A DNA stretch of 44,635 nt from a virus (lineage: Duplodnaviria; Caudoviricetes), in the IMG/VR virus record IMGVR_UViG_3300032312_000606, positions 1 through 44,635 of that record; one strand, written 5' to 3'. A model generated the notes under the pieces. The model was given only the letters and a program-made list of their open reading frames with translations. It searched no databases and was not told where the DNA came from. A program made the position numbers and the translations under genes. This document shows, one piece after another, positions 23,479 through 31,405 of the stretch (position 1 is the stretch's first letter; every line of letters starts with the position of its first letter).

Positions 23479-23684
23479 GCGAAGTCTCCGAAGACGTCAG
23501 GGCGCAGTTCCTTGCGGGACACTTCGCCGTTGGTGTAGCGGTCGATGGCCATAGACATGGCCACACTGGGCCTGCGGCTGCCGGCGATGACTAGCGCCAT
23601 CCACGTTCTAGAGACGCCGAGTGCCTCAGCCATGGCGGCCTTTGCGCCACGCGGTTTGTCAAAGAAATACTGCTTCAAAGTCAT
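23475..23684 (-). CDS. Cro/YdaS-like HTH regulator
   Basis: AMAEALGVSRTWM HTH; TNGEVSRKELRPDVF signature. Confidence 0.85.
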   Translation of the reverse strand: MTLKQYFFDKPRGAKAAMAEALGVSRTWMALVIAGSRRPSVAMSMAIDRYTNGEVSRKELRPDVFGDFA

Positions 23685-23803
23685 GGTCTACCCTCCCTGT
23701 TTGTGTAACGACACCATACATGACAAAAAAAGTTCTTACAACCCCATTGTAACCAGACAGAAGACGATGTAATCTTGGGTTCCCCATTGGGAGATAGCGA
23801 ATC
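23685..23803. promoter_or_regulatory. Divergent control region
   Basis: Gene orientation switches here; contains the inverted repeat TTACAA-CCCCA-TTGTAA and further TGTAA(C/T) copies. Confidence 0.6.
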
Positions 23804-23965
23804 ATGGACAGAGACGATCAGTACGAGGCTTGGCATCAGGCAGAGTTTGAACTGCAGGAGATGCTGGAAGAGGCCCTGAAGCGCATTGAGTGCAACAAGG
23901 CGACAACCGAAGACGTAACGCTGGTGCGTTATGCATGCGGACTTGGAAACAGGAGAGAACAGTGA
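23804..23965 (+). CDS. 53-aa hypothetical protein (absent from ORF track)
   Basis: GGAG RBS, MDRDDQYEAWHQAEFELQEMLEEAL...; GTGA overlap with the next gene. Confidence 0.6.
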   Translation: MDRDDQYEAWHQAEFELQEMLEEALKRIECNKATTEDVTLVRYACGLGNRREQ

Positions 23966-24597
23966 GTCTTATCGCGAGAGCAGGAGAGAGCAGCAGCTTC
24001 ACCCCGGTCCCCCCGGGTATGCATCTGGCACGGTGCTACCGGATTGTTGACCTTGGCACACAGAAGTCCGAATACATGGGCACTGTGAAGCACTTGTCGA
24101 AGGTCATGCTGCAATTTGAGGTTCACTCTGAAGACGAGGCCGGCAATCCGCTGATGACGCCGCGTGGTGAGCCCATGACCATCTCGAAGAACTACACGGT
24201 ATCGCTGTCGGAGATGTCGACGCTGCGCAAGGATCTGACCACATGGCGTGGCCGAGACTTCACCGCAGACGAGCTTCGCGGGTTTGAGCTTGCCAAGGTC
24301 CTCGACCAGTGGGCAATGATCTCGGTGACCAAGAGCGTTGGTAGCAATGGCAAGGAGTACACCAACATTGCCAACATCAACCCGGTGCCGTCGAACATCA
24401 AGAAGGCAGGTCTGCCGGAGCCCCACAACAAGCCGCAGTTGTTCTCCATTGATGAACCGGATATGGAGATGTTTGACACCTTCTCGGATAGCCTGCAGAA
24501 CAAGATTTCATCTTCGCCTGAGTGGCAGTCGCGCACGGTTACTCACTCTGGGAGTGATGCGTCGAAGTTTGATCTTGAAGACGACGTGCCCTTCTGA
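23962..24597 (+). CDS. Putative single-stranded DNA-binding protein
   Basis: GTG start after AGGAG; PPGMHLARCYRIVDLGTQ; acidic SSB-type tail LEDDVPF. Confidence 0.7.
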   Translation: MSLIARAGESSSFTPVPPGMHLARCYRIVDLGTQKSEYMGTVKHLSKVMLQFEVHSEDEAGNPLMTPRGEPMTISKNYTVSLSEMSTLRKDLTTWRGRDFTADELRGFELAKVLDQWAMISVTKSVGSNGKEYTNIANINPVPSNIKKAGLPEPHNKPQLFSIDEPDMEMFDTFSDSLQNKISSSPEWQSRTVTHSGSDASKFDLEDDVPF

Positions 24598-24599
24598 CC

Positions 24600-24914
24600 A
24601 TGAGTGCTTACATTGTCAAGCTCATAGGCCGAGATGAATTGGTGGGGATGTTCGTGGTTGAACGCCTCACAGATCTTGGCGTGGCAATTGATGAGATATG
24701 CGACCCTTTTATTTGTGAGTACAAGAGTGTCAAAAGGGGTGGCATGTTTTGGTCGGACGAGCACGGGAAGTTTGACAGTCAGGGCGTCGATTGCGAGGGA
24801 ATTCAACTCTCGGAGCGCCTTGAAGATCTTGTGCATGAAAAAGACTATTGGAGAAATGTCTCGGCAATCTACAAGAACGCAGAGCATTTCTACGAAGTCT
24901 TCATGGGGCGGTGA
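24600..24914 (+). CDS. Hypothetical protein
   Basis: 104 aa; IDEICDPFICEY. Confidence 0.55.
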   Translation: MSAYIVKLIGRDELVGMFVVERLTDLGVAIDEICDPFICEYKSVKRGGMFWSDEHGKFDSQGVDCEGIQLSERLEDLVHEKDYWRNVSAIYKNAEHFYEVFMGR

Positions 24915-24916
24915 CC

Positions 24917-25354
24917 ATGGCTAGGCCAATGTATGAGTCGCAGCACGATCTATCGAATGAGGAGCGTGTCGCGGCCACACTTGGAAGTCTCTGGGGCTGC
25001 CAGTTCCACAAGATGCCAATCCGGTATCACGTTGACTGGGCGCTCACAAAAGGTGACCGGGTGACCGCATTCGCGGAGTTGAAAGCCCGCAATAACCCTA
25101 TCGGCAAGTACGGCACATTCATGATCTCGCTGGCCAAATGGGTTACGGGAAATGAGTTGAGCCGGTCGGCCAATGTTCCTTTCTTGATTGTCGTCAAATG
25201 GACCGATGGGCTGTACTGGCACAAGACGGGCACCGCAGAAGTTGAAGTAAAGATGGGTGGCCGATTCGATCGGAATGACTCGCAAGACTTTGAACCGGTC
25301 GTCCACATCAAAACAGAGAACTTCACGCGAACTACACGAAACAGGAGCGAATAG
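24917..25354 (+). CDS. Putative PD-(D/E)xK-fold nuclease
   Basis: E..YHVDW...FAELKARN...FLIVVKWTDG. Confidence 0.6.
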   Translation: MARPMYESQHDLSNEERVAATLGSLWGCQFHKMPIRYHVDWALTKGDRVTAFAELKARNNPIGKYGTFMISLAKWVTGNELSRSANVPFLIVVKWTDGLYWHKTGTAEVEVKMGGRFDRNDSQDFEPVVHIKTENFTRTTRNRSE

Positions 25355-25356
25355 AC

Positions 25357-25590
25357 ATGGCAGATAATTCCAAAGACATTGCAGCCAACCGCATGGCAGA
25401 CACTGACAGGGCTTGGATGTACTGGCTCAAGTCTCAGCCTTGGCTGCCGCACTACACCGAGACCGGGGTCTATGTATCACCCGGCGGAGTAGAGCGGAAA
25501 GAGAGTGAGTTGATTGCACTGAGGGCGATCAAGAAGGAAACCATTCTCTGGCCCCGCAGGTGGCAAACCGAGAAGGTAAAGATGCGATGA
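25357..25590 (+). CDS. Hypothetical protein
   Basis: AGGAG RBS; packed in the operon. Confidence 0.55.
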   Translation: MADNSKDIAANRMADTDRAWMYWLKSQPWLPHYTETGVYVSPGGVERKESELIALRAIKKETILWPRRWQTEKVKMR

Positions 25591-25841
25591 CCCGCGATGA
25601 AATTGTCCGTATGGCGCACGAAGCAGGCTTGTATTTTCATGATGGGGTGGCTGGCCCGTGGACTGCAACGCTAGAAGAACTTGCCCGCTTTGCCAAACTG
25701 GTCGCCGCTAATGACACCGCCCTTCTGCGGCAGGCGCTTGCACTATGTAGCAAAGATGGTGGATGGACGTTGGAAGAGGCAGCAAACACGATTTGCGAGA
25801 TTGAAATCATCTTGCTGGCGCGGCTGGAGGGAGAGCAATGA
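25587..25841 (+). CDS. Hypothetical protein (MTRDEIVRMA-type)
   Basis: MTRDEIVRMAHEAG..LARFAKLVAA, a common phage accessory motif. Confidence 0.6.
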   Translation: MTRDEIVRMAHEAGLYFHDGVAGPWTATLEELARFAKLVAANDTALLRQALALCSKDGGWTLEEAANTICEIEIILLARLEGEQ

Positions 25842-26065
25842 GCGCCCGCCTTGTGGTCACTCAAATTGCCATCGTGCAGGCCGGAGAGTCGCCCGTGTTT
25901 GGAGAAAACACCATTATTGTCACTCTCACCGACGACGGTGACGGTCAGTTTTTTGTCGTCAGAAACGCGATTGACGAGGAAGAAAATGCTGTGCGGATGG
26001 ACTTTTCCGAAACCGACCTGCTGATAGAGGCAATCCAACGCTTGAAGAAAGAGGCAGGCGAGTAA
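25838..26065 (+). CDS. Hypothetical protein
   Basis: GGAGG RBS, ATGA coupling. Confidence 0.6.
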   Translation: MSARLVVTQIAIVQAGESPVFGENTIIVTLTDDGDGQFFVVRNAIDEEENAVRMDFSETDLLIEAIQRLKKEAGE

Positions 26066-26262
26066 TGAATGTCTACGGGTGCCACAACCGTGCGCACTTT
26101 CGGGCATCAATGGAAGTGCAGGATGGTTGGAACTCAAACGGAACGCGGCGCATGATCACCGTGCCGGTGAGTTTCCAGCCGGACTGCCAATACGACAATC
26201 GCGGCATAGACCAAAAATGCAACCATTGCAGATGGAGAGACAGCAATGAGCGGAACCTTTGA
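26065..26262 (+). CDS. Small Cys-rich protein
   Basis: YGCHNR..VQDGW..CQY..C..C. Confidence 0.6.
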   Translation: MNVYGCHNRAHFRASMEVQDGWNSNGTRRMITVPVSFQPDCQYDNRGIDQKCNHCRWRDSNERNL

Positions 26263-26323
26263 AGAAGCCTTGAAAAAGGCAATCGAGAAGCGCAAAGAAG
26301 CTGACAAGCAAAAGGGGAAATGA
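26246..26323 (+). CDS. Possible 25-aa basic peptide
   Basis: GGAGAG RBS; MSGTFEEALKKAIEKRKEADKQKGK; ATGA overlap with the exonuclease. Confidence 0.35.
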   Translation: MSGTFEEALKKAIEKRKEADKQKGK

Positions 26324-27078
26324 TGGTTACGGCATCTGCACGACCGGCGGAATCTACACACTGGTACACAAAAGACGGTGAGCCCATGTACACCGTTATC
26401 GGGGCAAACGGCAAGGAGCGCCCTACAACGCTCCGTGACGCACGCAAGATGAGTCTTGTACCCTCAGTGACCACCATCCTCAATGTGGCCGCCAAACCGG
26501 CTCTCACGCAGTGGATGCAGCGTCAGGTCCTGATGGCAGCACTCACCCTGCCGAAGGTCAATGATGAGACGGAAGAGGAGTACATCGACCGCATCATCAA
26601 AGACTCAAAGGAGCAGGGCAGGGCGGCTGCAGATGCCGGCACATCTATTCACGAATCTATTCAAACCTTCTACGAGAAGGGCACCACCTCAACGCATACA
26701 CAAAGTGTCGTTGCTTGTAACCCTGCGATTTTTGAGCACTTTGGAGAGCATGAGTGGGTCTGTGAACGATCGTTCTCGCATGACCTTGGATTCGGCGGCA
26801 AGGTGGATATGTATTCAGATGACATCGTCATTGACATCAAGACCAAAGAGTTCGAGACAGCAGAAGAAGTCAAACCCTATGACGATCACCTGATGCAGTT
26901 GGCTGCCTACCGCGTAGGGCTGGGTATGCCTCTGGCACGCTGCGCTAACGTCTTTGTGTCGCGCAACTATCCCGGTGTCGCCCACATCCACGAATGGACC
27001 GACGAAGAACTACAGAAGGGGTGGGTAATGTTCTGCGCCCTGCTTGAGTTCTGGCAACTGAAGAACAATCACCAGTGA
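26320..27078 (+). CDS. Cas4-like PD-(D/E)xK exonuclease
   Basis: PSVTTIL, GTSIH, E..GGKVD..IDIKT, QLAAY. Confidence 0.85.
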   Translation: MMVTASARPAESTHWYTKDGEPMYTVIGANGKERPTTLRDARKMSLVPSVTTILNVAAKPALTQWMQRQVLMAALTLPKVNDETEEEYIDRIIKDSKEQGRAAADAGTSIHESIQTFYEKGTTSTHTQSVVACNPAIFEHFGEHEWVCERSFSHDLGFGGKVDMYSDDIVIDIKTKEFETAEEVKPYDDHLMQLAAYRVGLGMPLARCANVFVSRNYPGVAHIHEWTDEELQKGWVMFCALLEFWQLKNNHQ

Positions 27079-27085
27079 GGATCAA

Positions 27086-27304
27086 ATGATCGCCGATGAA
27101 CTGATTCAACAAGTCTTCTTCTACTGCGAGAACAACAACCCGGATGGGTGCTACGCCAGTGACGTCGACATCTTCGAGTTTGGGCAGAAACTTGCCGCGG
27201 TGCTGGCGCCCATGATTCGTAAGGAGGAACATCTCCGCTGCGTGGGTATCGTCAACAGCCTAAACCGGGAAGTAGCCACGGCCCTCGCTGATAGGCGCCC
27301 ATAA
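27086..27304 (+). CDS. Hypothetical protein
   Basis: GAGG RBS; last gene of the plus-strand arm. Confidence 0.6.
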   Translation: MIADELIQQVFFYCENNNPDGCYASDVDIFEFGQKLAAVLAPMIRKEEHLRCVGIVNSLNREVATALADRRP

Positions 27305-27329
27305 AAAAACAGGCCCCTGCGGGGGCCTG
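27303..27329 (-). terminator. Intrinsic terminator at the convergence point
   Basis: 8-bp stem CAGGCCCC/GGGGCCTG with a U7 tract on the minus strand. Confidence 0.8.
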
Positions 27330-27388
27330 AAACACTCTTAAGGAGGAAAGCGGCGCCATCATATATCCGCTTCAATGACGGTGATATG

Positions 27389-28792
27389 TCAGAACCCGAA
27401 GTCACCCATGGGGTTCGACGGAATCACATCAGGCCGGAACCCAAGCGCCTCATTCTCCCGGGCACGCTCACGGCCAAACTGTAGGGCACCAGCACCCAGT
27501 GATAGCGGGATGCCGACCGGGGCAGTAGCAGGGAACAGTGACATTACGCCACCTAGCCCACTAAGACCACTCAGGCCAGCCGACGCATAGTCAGGATTGT
27601 CCTTCCGCATCTCTTGCGCAGCCCGGGTAAACTCACCACCAGCAAGGGCACCACCAGCAATCGGCGTTGCATAGCGGAATAGCGGGGTGGTAGCAAACCG
27701 GCGCAGCAAGTTAGTAACTTCTTCCAGAGCACCAGCAGGCTTCGGGGCGATCGGAGATACCGGCGGAGGCTTGGCCCCACCGATCTCGCCGCCCGGGCCT
27801 CTGGGGCCCGTATACGGCGTCTGTTGGGGAACCATGAGGCCGCCGCGGGTCGGATCTTCTGCCATACCAACAGCAGGCGCCATACCCTTCAGGCGATCCA
27901 GAGCCTCCGTGCGCTGGCGAATCATGTCGACGGCACTACCGGGACCACCGCCCATGGCAGTAGCTCTACCGGCCTCGATGTCACCCAGACCGAATGCTTT
28001 GCCATAGTTGAACGTACCGCGACCACCGGCAGCAGGGCCAATAGCAGGGGGCTCAGGCGCTCCCATAGGGGCTGCAGGGGGCTGCATACCGCCTGTGATG
28101 GGGGCAGGCTGGAGAACACGCTGCGCACCCATGGCAGCCCTCTCACCGAGCCCCTCAATTGCGGACCCGCCTACGTCACGCACGCCACGACCAGCAGCTA
28201 GTGCTGCACCAACGCCAGCGCCATACAGTTCCGCCTGACGGGCTTCCTGATCTGCCATGTCTTGGTCGATACTCTCTGCGGTCTGATCGCCTCCCGATTG
28301 AGCCTGCCCATCAATGTCGGCTTCCGTTATCGTTGGCTCACCGACGGGCTCCATGGGGGCCTCGGCAAAGGCGCCGAAGTCATTCAGGCTGCGAACGTAG
28401 TTCTTAGTCTCATCCGGCAAGTCACCGCCAGTGAAGAACGCATGATTAGGGCCGGCGTTATACGCCACCGCACCAAGTTTAGGATTGCCATCAAACTTGT
28501 TCAGGTAAGACTTTAGGACAGTCAGGCCAGCTTCAATGTTGCGATCGGGGTCCATCAGGTCCTCTTTGGAGAACCCGTACTCTTTTCCGGTCTTCGGCAT
28601 TACCTGCATGATGCCAATCGCGCCCTTGGGGCTATTGCCCGTATCAGCACGCAGACGGCTCTCTTGGTAGGCAACAGAGACGGCCAGACGGGGGTCGACA
28701 CCCATCTCGATTGCACGCTCGATGATCTTCTTGGCAATGGCCTGCTGCTGCGGATCTAAGCTGCTGCCAAACGACAAAGGGTCAGCCATCAC
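27389..28792 (-). CDS. Internal virion protein with N-terminal lytic transglycosylase (SLT)
   Basis: AYQES, GAIGIMQVMP, NIEAG..L, AYNAG, ETKNYV; hydrophobic C-terminus. Confidence 0.88.
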   Translation of the reverse strand: MMADPLSFGSSLDPQQQAIAKKIIERAIEMGVDPRLAVSVAYQESRLRADTGNSPKGAIGIMQVMPKTGKEYGFSKEDLMDPDRNIEAGLTVLKSYLNKFDGNPKLGAVAYNAGPNHAFFTGGDLPDETKNYVRSLNDFGAFAEAPMEPVGEPTITEADIDGQAQSGGDQTAESIDQDMADQEARQAELYGAGVGAALAAGRGVRDVGGSAIEGLGERAAMGAQRVLQPAPITGGMQPPAAPMGAPEPPAIGPAAGGRGTFNYGKAFGLGDIEAGRATAMGGGPGSAVDMIRQRTEALDRLKGMAPAVGMAEDPTRGGLMVPQQTPYTGPRGPGGEIGGAKPPPVSPIAPKPAGALEEVTNLLRRFATTPLFRYATPIAGGALAGGEFTRAAQEMRKDNPDYASAGLSGLSGLGGVMSLFPATAPVGIPLSLGAGALQFGRERARENEALGFRPDVIPSNPMGDFGF

Positions 28793-30405
28793 TTGCCTCC
28801 GATGATGTCGTCAATGCGCTGCGCAGGAGTTCTGCCATCCTTGGCCGCGGTCCCTGTCGGAGCCTTCCTCGAAGACGGCAGTGCGGGCAGGCCGCCGGCA
28901 ATCTTAGCGGTCGCCTTCTCAAATGCATCCTTGAGATCCTTGGCAGGCTGAGTGCGCTCGAATTCCAAAATGGTCTTGCCCGGGTTGGCCTCTCGCCACT
29001 TGTTGAACAGGTCCGACTTATCAAGGTCGTACTGTGAGCGGGCCTGCAGGATATCCATGCGGGACTGAAGGACTCCGCGGCTGTTACTGATGTTGCCACC
29101 GAGTCGACGAACAATCTCACGCTCACCCTCAGTAATGGCGCCCTGCCTCTGCAAATACAATTGGGTATACGCCAGTTCAATTTCAGCCAGATCTGCCGCG
29201 GCACGAGTGATGTTATCAAGGTCAGCCTGCTTGATACCCGGCATCGACTTGCGGATAGAGTCCTCGAAGCCCCCCAGATTCAATGTGCCGCCCGGAGTCT
29301 GAAGGCCCTTCGACACCAGACTGCCGATGGCCGCAACAACACCGGGGCGCTCAAAGATGCCAAAGTATTTACCGCTTTGGCGGAGGCTGTCAGAGACGCG
29401 GGTAGAGGCGCCATAGATACGACCGGCAGCATCAGCACGCTGAGTAAGATCTGCCTCTTTTTCGGCTGCAGTCTTGCCGCGTTGTTGGGCATACGCCTTA
29501 CCTTCTTCGGCGGCACGCTCTCGCTCTTCTACTGAGGGCGGAGTGCCTTGCGGTGCCCCGGCCTCAACGCCCGGGCGCGTCAAAATGCGCTTAACGATGG
29601 CAAGGTAGCCTTCCGTATCTCCGCTACGCTTTGCAGCGTCGAGCATGGCTGCCGTGACCGTATCCACCTCGTAGGTGCCGTAACCACCCGGCGTCGGAAT
29701 CTCGCGCTTGACCGTGTCACCCTTCGGGGTCGGATAGAACATTCCATCCCGGAACATCCCAACCTCTTTGGTATCTGTGCGCTTGCGCTCAATTTCTTCC
29801 CACTTGGCCATAGCCTCCGGCAGTGACGTGCCCTTGAGGCGTTCGCCGGCAAGGAATTGCTCACGGGAGATTTGTCCGGTCGACGGGGGAGCGATGCGAA
29901 TACCGAAGGGCTCTGCACCTTGAACCCGGGTGGGCTCCATAGGTCCGCCAGACGGACTAGCAGGCAATGCACCACCGGGAGCGCCCGGGCCAGCAGGAAG
30001 AGCACCAGCAGGAGCAGCAGGGCTAGAAGGCGCCGCAGGAGCGGAAGGCTTACCACCCATAGCCTCTGCGTACAGCCGGTCCATCTGACGCTGACGTTCG
30101 AGCCCAAGACCCTGAGAGGCAACATCAAACTGAGCCTTGGCAATGTCCTGCTCTTCTTTTAGCAGGCCCTCTTGGGCTTGGCCAACAGCACCAGCTACGT
30201 TGCCCAATGCCTCAAACGCACTACCAGTCTTTGTAGGGGTCAGGAATGCTTGGGCAGCCGCCGCCCAACGCGGGTCCATAAACCGACTCTTGCGTTGATC
30301 CAAAGACTGAGTAAGCCTTGAGAGAGCATCTCGATAGGCTTGATTGGCATCAATCGCCTCTTGGCTAGTCTCTGGAAGATATGACAGTGCGGGTTTATCA
30401 GCCAT
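28789..30405 (-). CDS. Putative ejection/internal virion protein
   Basis: 538 aa, helical and Ala-rich; QGAITEGER motif; gene position. Confidence 0.65.
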   Translation of the reverse strand: MADKPALSYLPETSQEAIDANQAYRDALSRLTQSLDQRKSRFMDPRWAAAAQAFLTPTKTGSAFEALGNVAGAVGQAQEGLLKEEQDIAKAQFDVASQGLGLERQRQMDRLYAEAMGGKPSAPAAPSSPAAPAGALPAGPGAPGGALPASPSGGPMEPTRVQGAEPFGIRIAPPSTGQISREQFLAGERLKGTSLPEAMAKWEEIERKRTDTKEVGMFRDGMFYPTPKGDTVKREIPTPGGYGTYEVDTVTAAMLDAAKRSGDTEGYLAIVKRILTRPGVEAGAPQGTPPSVEERERAAEEGKAYAQQRGKTAAEKEADLTQRADAAGRIYGASTRVSDSLRQSGKYFGIFERPGVVAAIGSLVSKGLQTPGGTLNLGGFEDSIRKSMPGIKQADLDNITRAAADLAEIELAYTQLYLQRQGAITEGEREIVRRLGGNISNSRGVLQSRMDILQARSQYDLDKSDLFNKWREANPGKTILEFERTQPAKDLKDAFEKATAKIAGGLPALPSSRKAPTGTAAKDGRTPAQRIDDIIGGK

Positions 30406-30416
30406 GGGTTGCCTCT

Positions 30417-31403
30417 TTAAGGCGCATTGAACGGCACATCTTCTTCCAAGAAGTCACCAGTCCGCGTGGGATTCCACAGGGCCGTGAATTCTGCCTCCGA
30501 AATTTCGTCAGGTCCAAACAGATCCTTGATTGCGTTATATACCTCCGACGCACCACGCCTTACGCCCTCGGGACCAGCGGCGCCACCAATAAGAGACAGA
30601 ATGCCGCCAACATTTTGGAAGCCAGATAATCCAAATTGACCTTGCTGCCCCGGGGCAACAGTAGTCTGTTGAGTGGTCGTCGGGATGGTGAAGTTCCTCA
30701 GCAACTGGCTTACATTGGATGCGGTTGCCAGCGGGTAATCGAGCTTGGCTTGTTCATACTTCTGACGTTCAGCGCCGGCTTGCGTCAAAGCCCCAGCACC
30801 TTTCAATCCGAGGGTCTGTTCTTGGGCAGCAATATCCGCTTGAGTCTTAGCCGTAAGGTTCTGCAGTTGGGCCTCATCTAGAGCGGCCTTCAGAGCGTTC
30901 TGATAGCCAGAAGACAGAGCACCATATTGTTGGCCTGTAAGGTTAGCCTGAGCGTCTGCCAGAGACTGCCCAAGGGCACCGGCGTAGCGTTGGCTACCCA
31001 GACCACCGGATCCCACGAATGCGCCCTTCATGGTCGGCAGAAGGTTGCGCTGAATGTTCTGCTGTTGCAGACGCGCCATCTCGTCGACGACGCTAGTTTG
31101 ATACGGGTCCATCAGCGCAGCAATGCGTGATGTATCAATGCCACCGGCAGCTTTGGCAGCCGTTTCTCCCGCGGTTTTTAATCCCGGCTTGTATGCGCCA
31201 GCAGCAGTCTCCACCTGACCATAGCCAGTGGTCTGTAACGGATCGTAGCCAGCAATACCCTCTGCAGCAGTCCGACCAAGGGCGGTTTGCCCAGCAGTTG
31301 ATAAGTCCGTTAGATAATCGGTGTAGTAACCCGGCGTTGTTTCTGCTTTGGTCTGCGTCGTAGTGACGCTAGGCAGTGGCGACCCTTGAAAGAAACTTGC
31401 CAT
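30417..31403 (-). CDS. Putative ejection (DNA transfer) protein, P22 gp7-like
   Basis: Gln/Ala/Gly-rich; MDPYQTSVVD, GGLGSQR motifs. Confidence 0.65.
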   Translation of the reverse strand: MASFFQGSPLPSVTTTQTKAETTPGYYTDYLTDLSTAGQTALGRTAAEGIAGYDPLQTTGYGQVETAAGAYKPGLKTAGETAAKAAGGIDTSRIAALMDPYQTSVVDEMARLQQQNIQRNLLPTMKGAFVGSGGLGSQRYAGALGQSLADAQANLTGQQYGALSSGYQNALKAALDEAQLQNLTAKTQADIAAQEQTLGLKGAGALTQAGAERQKYEQAKLDYPLATASNVSQLLRNFTIPTTTQQTTVAPGQQGQFGLSGFQNVGGILSLIGGAAGPEGVRRGASEVYNAIKDLFGPDEISEAEFTALWNPTRTGDFLEEDVPFNAP

Positions 31404-31405
31404 AC

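Noticed and set aside
26320-27078. Cas4 as evidence of a CRISPR system
   Set aside because: A standalone phage exonuclease in the same arm as the SSB; no array or other cas genes.
30417-30445. EEDVPF near the ejection protein C-terminus resembling the SSB tail DDVPF
   Set aside because: It is followed by NAP, so the terminal Phe carboxylate required for SSB-tail binding is absent; probably chance.
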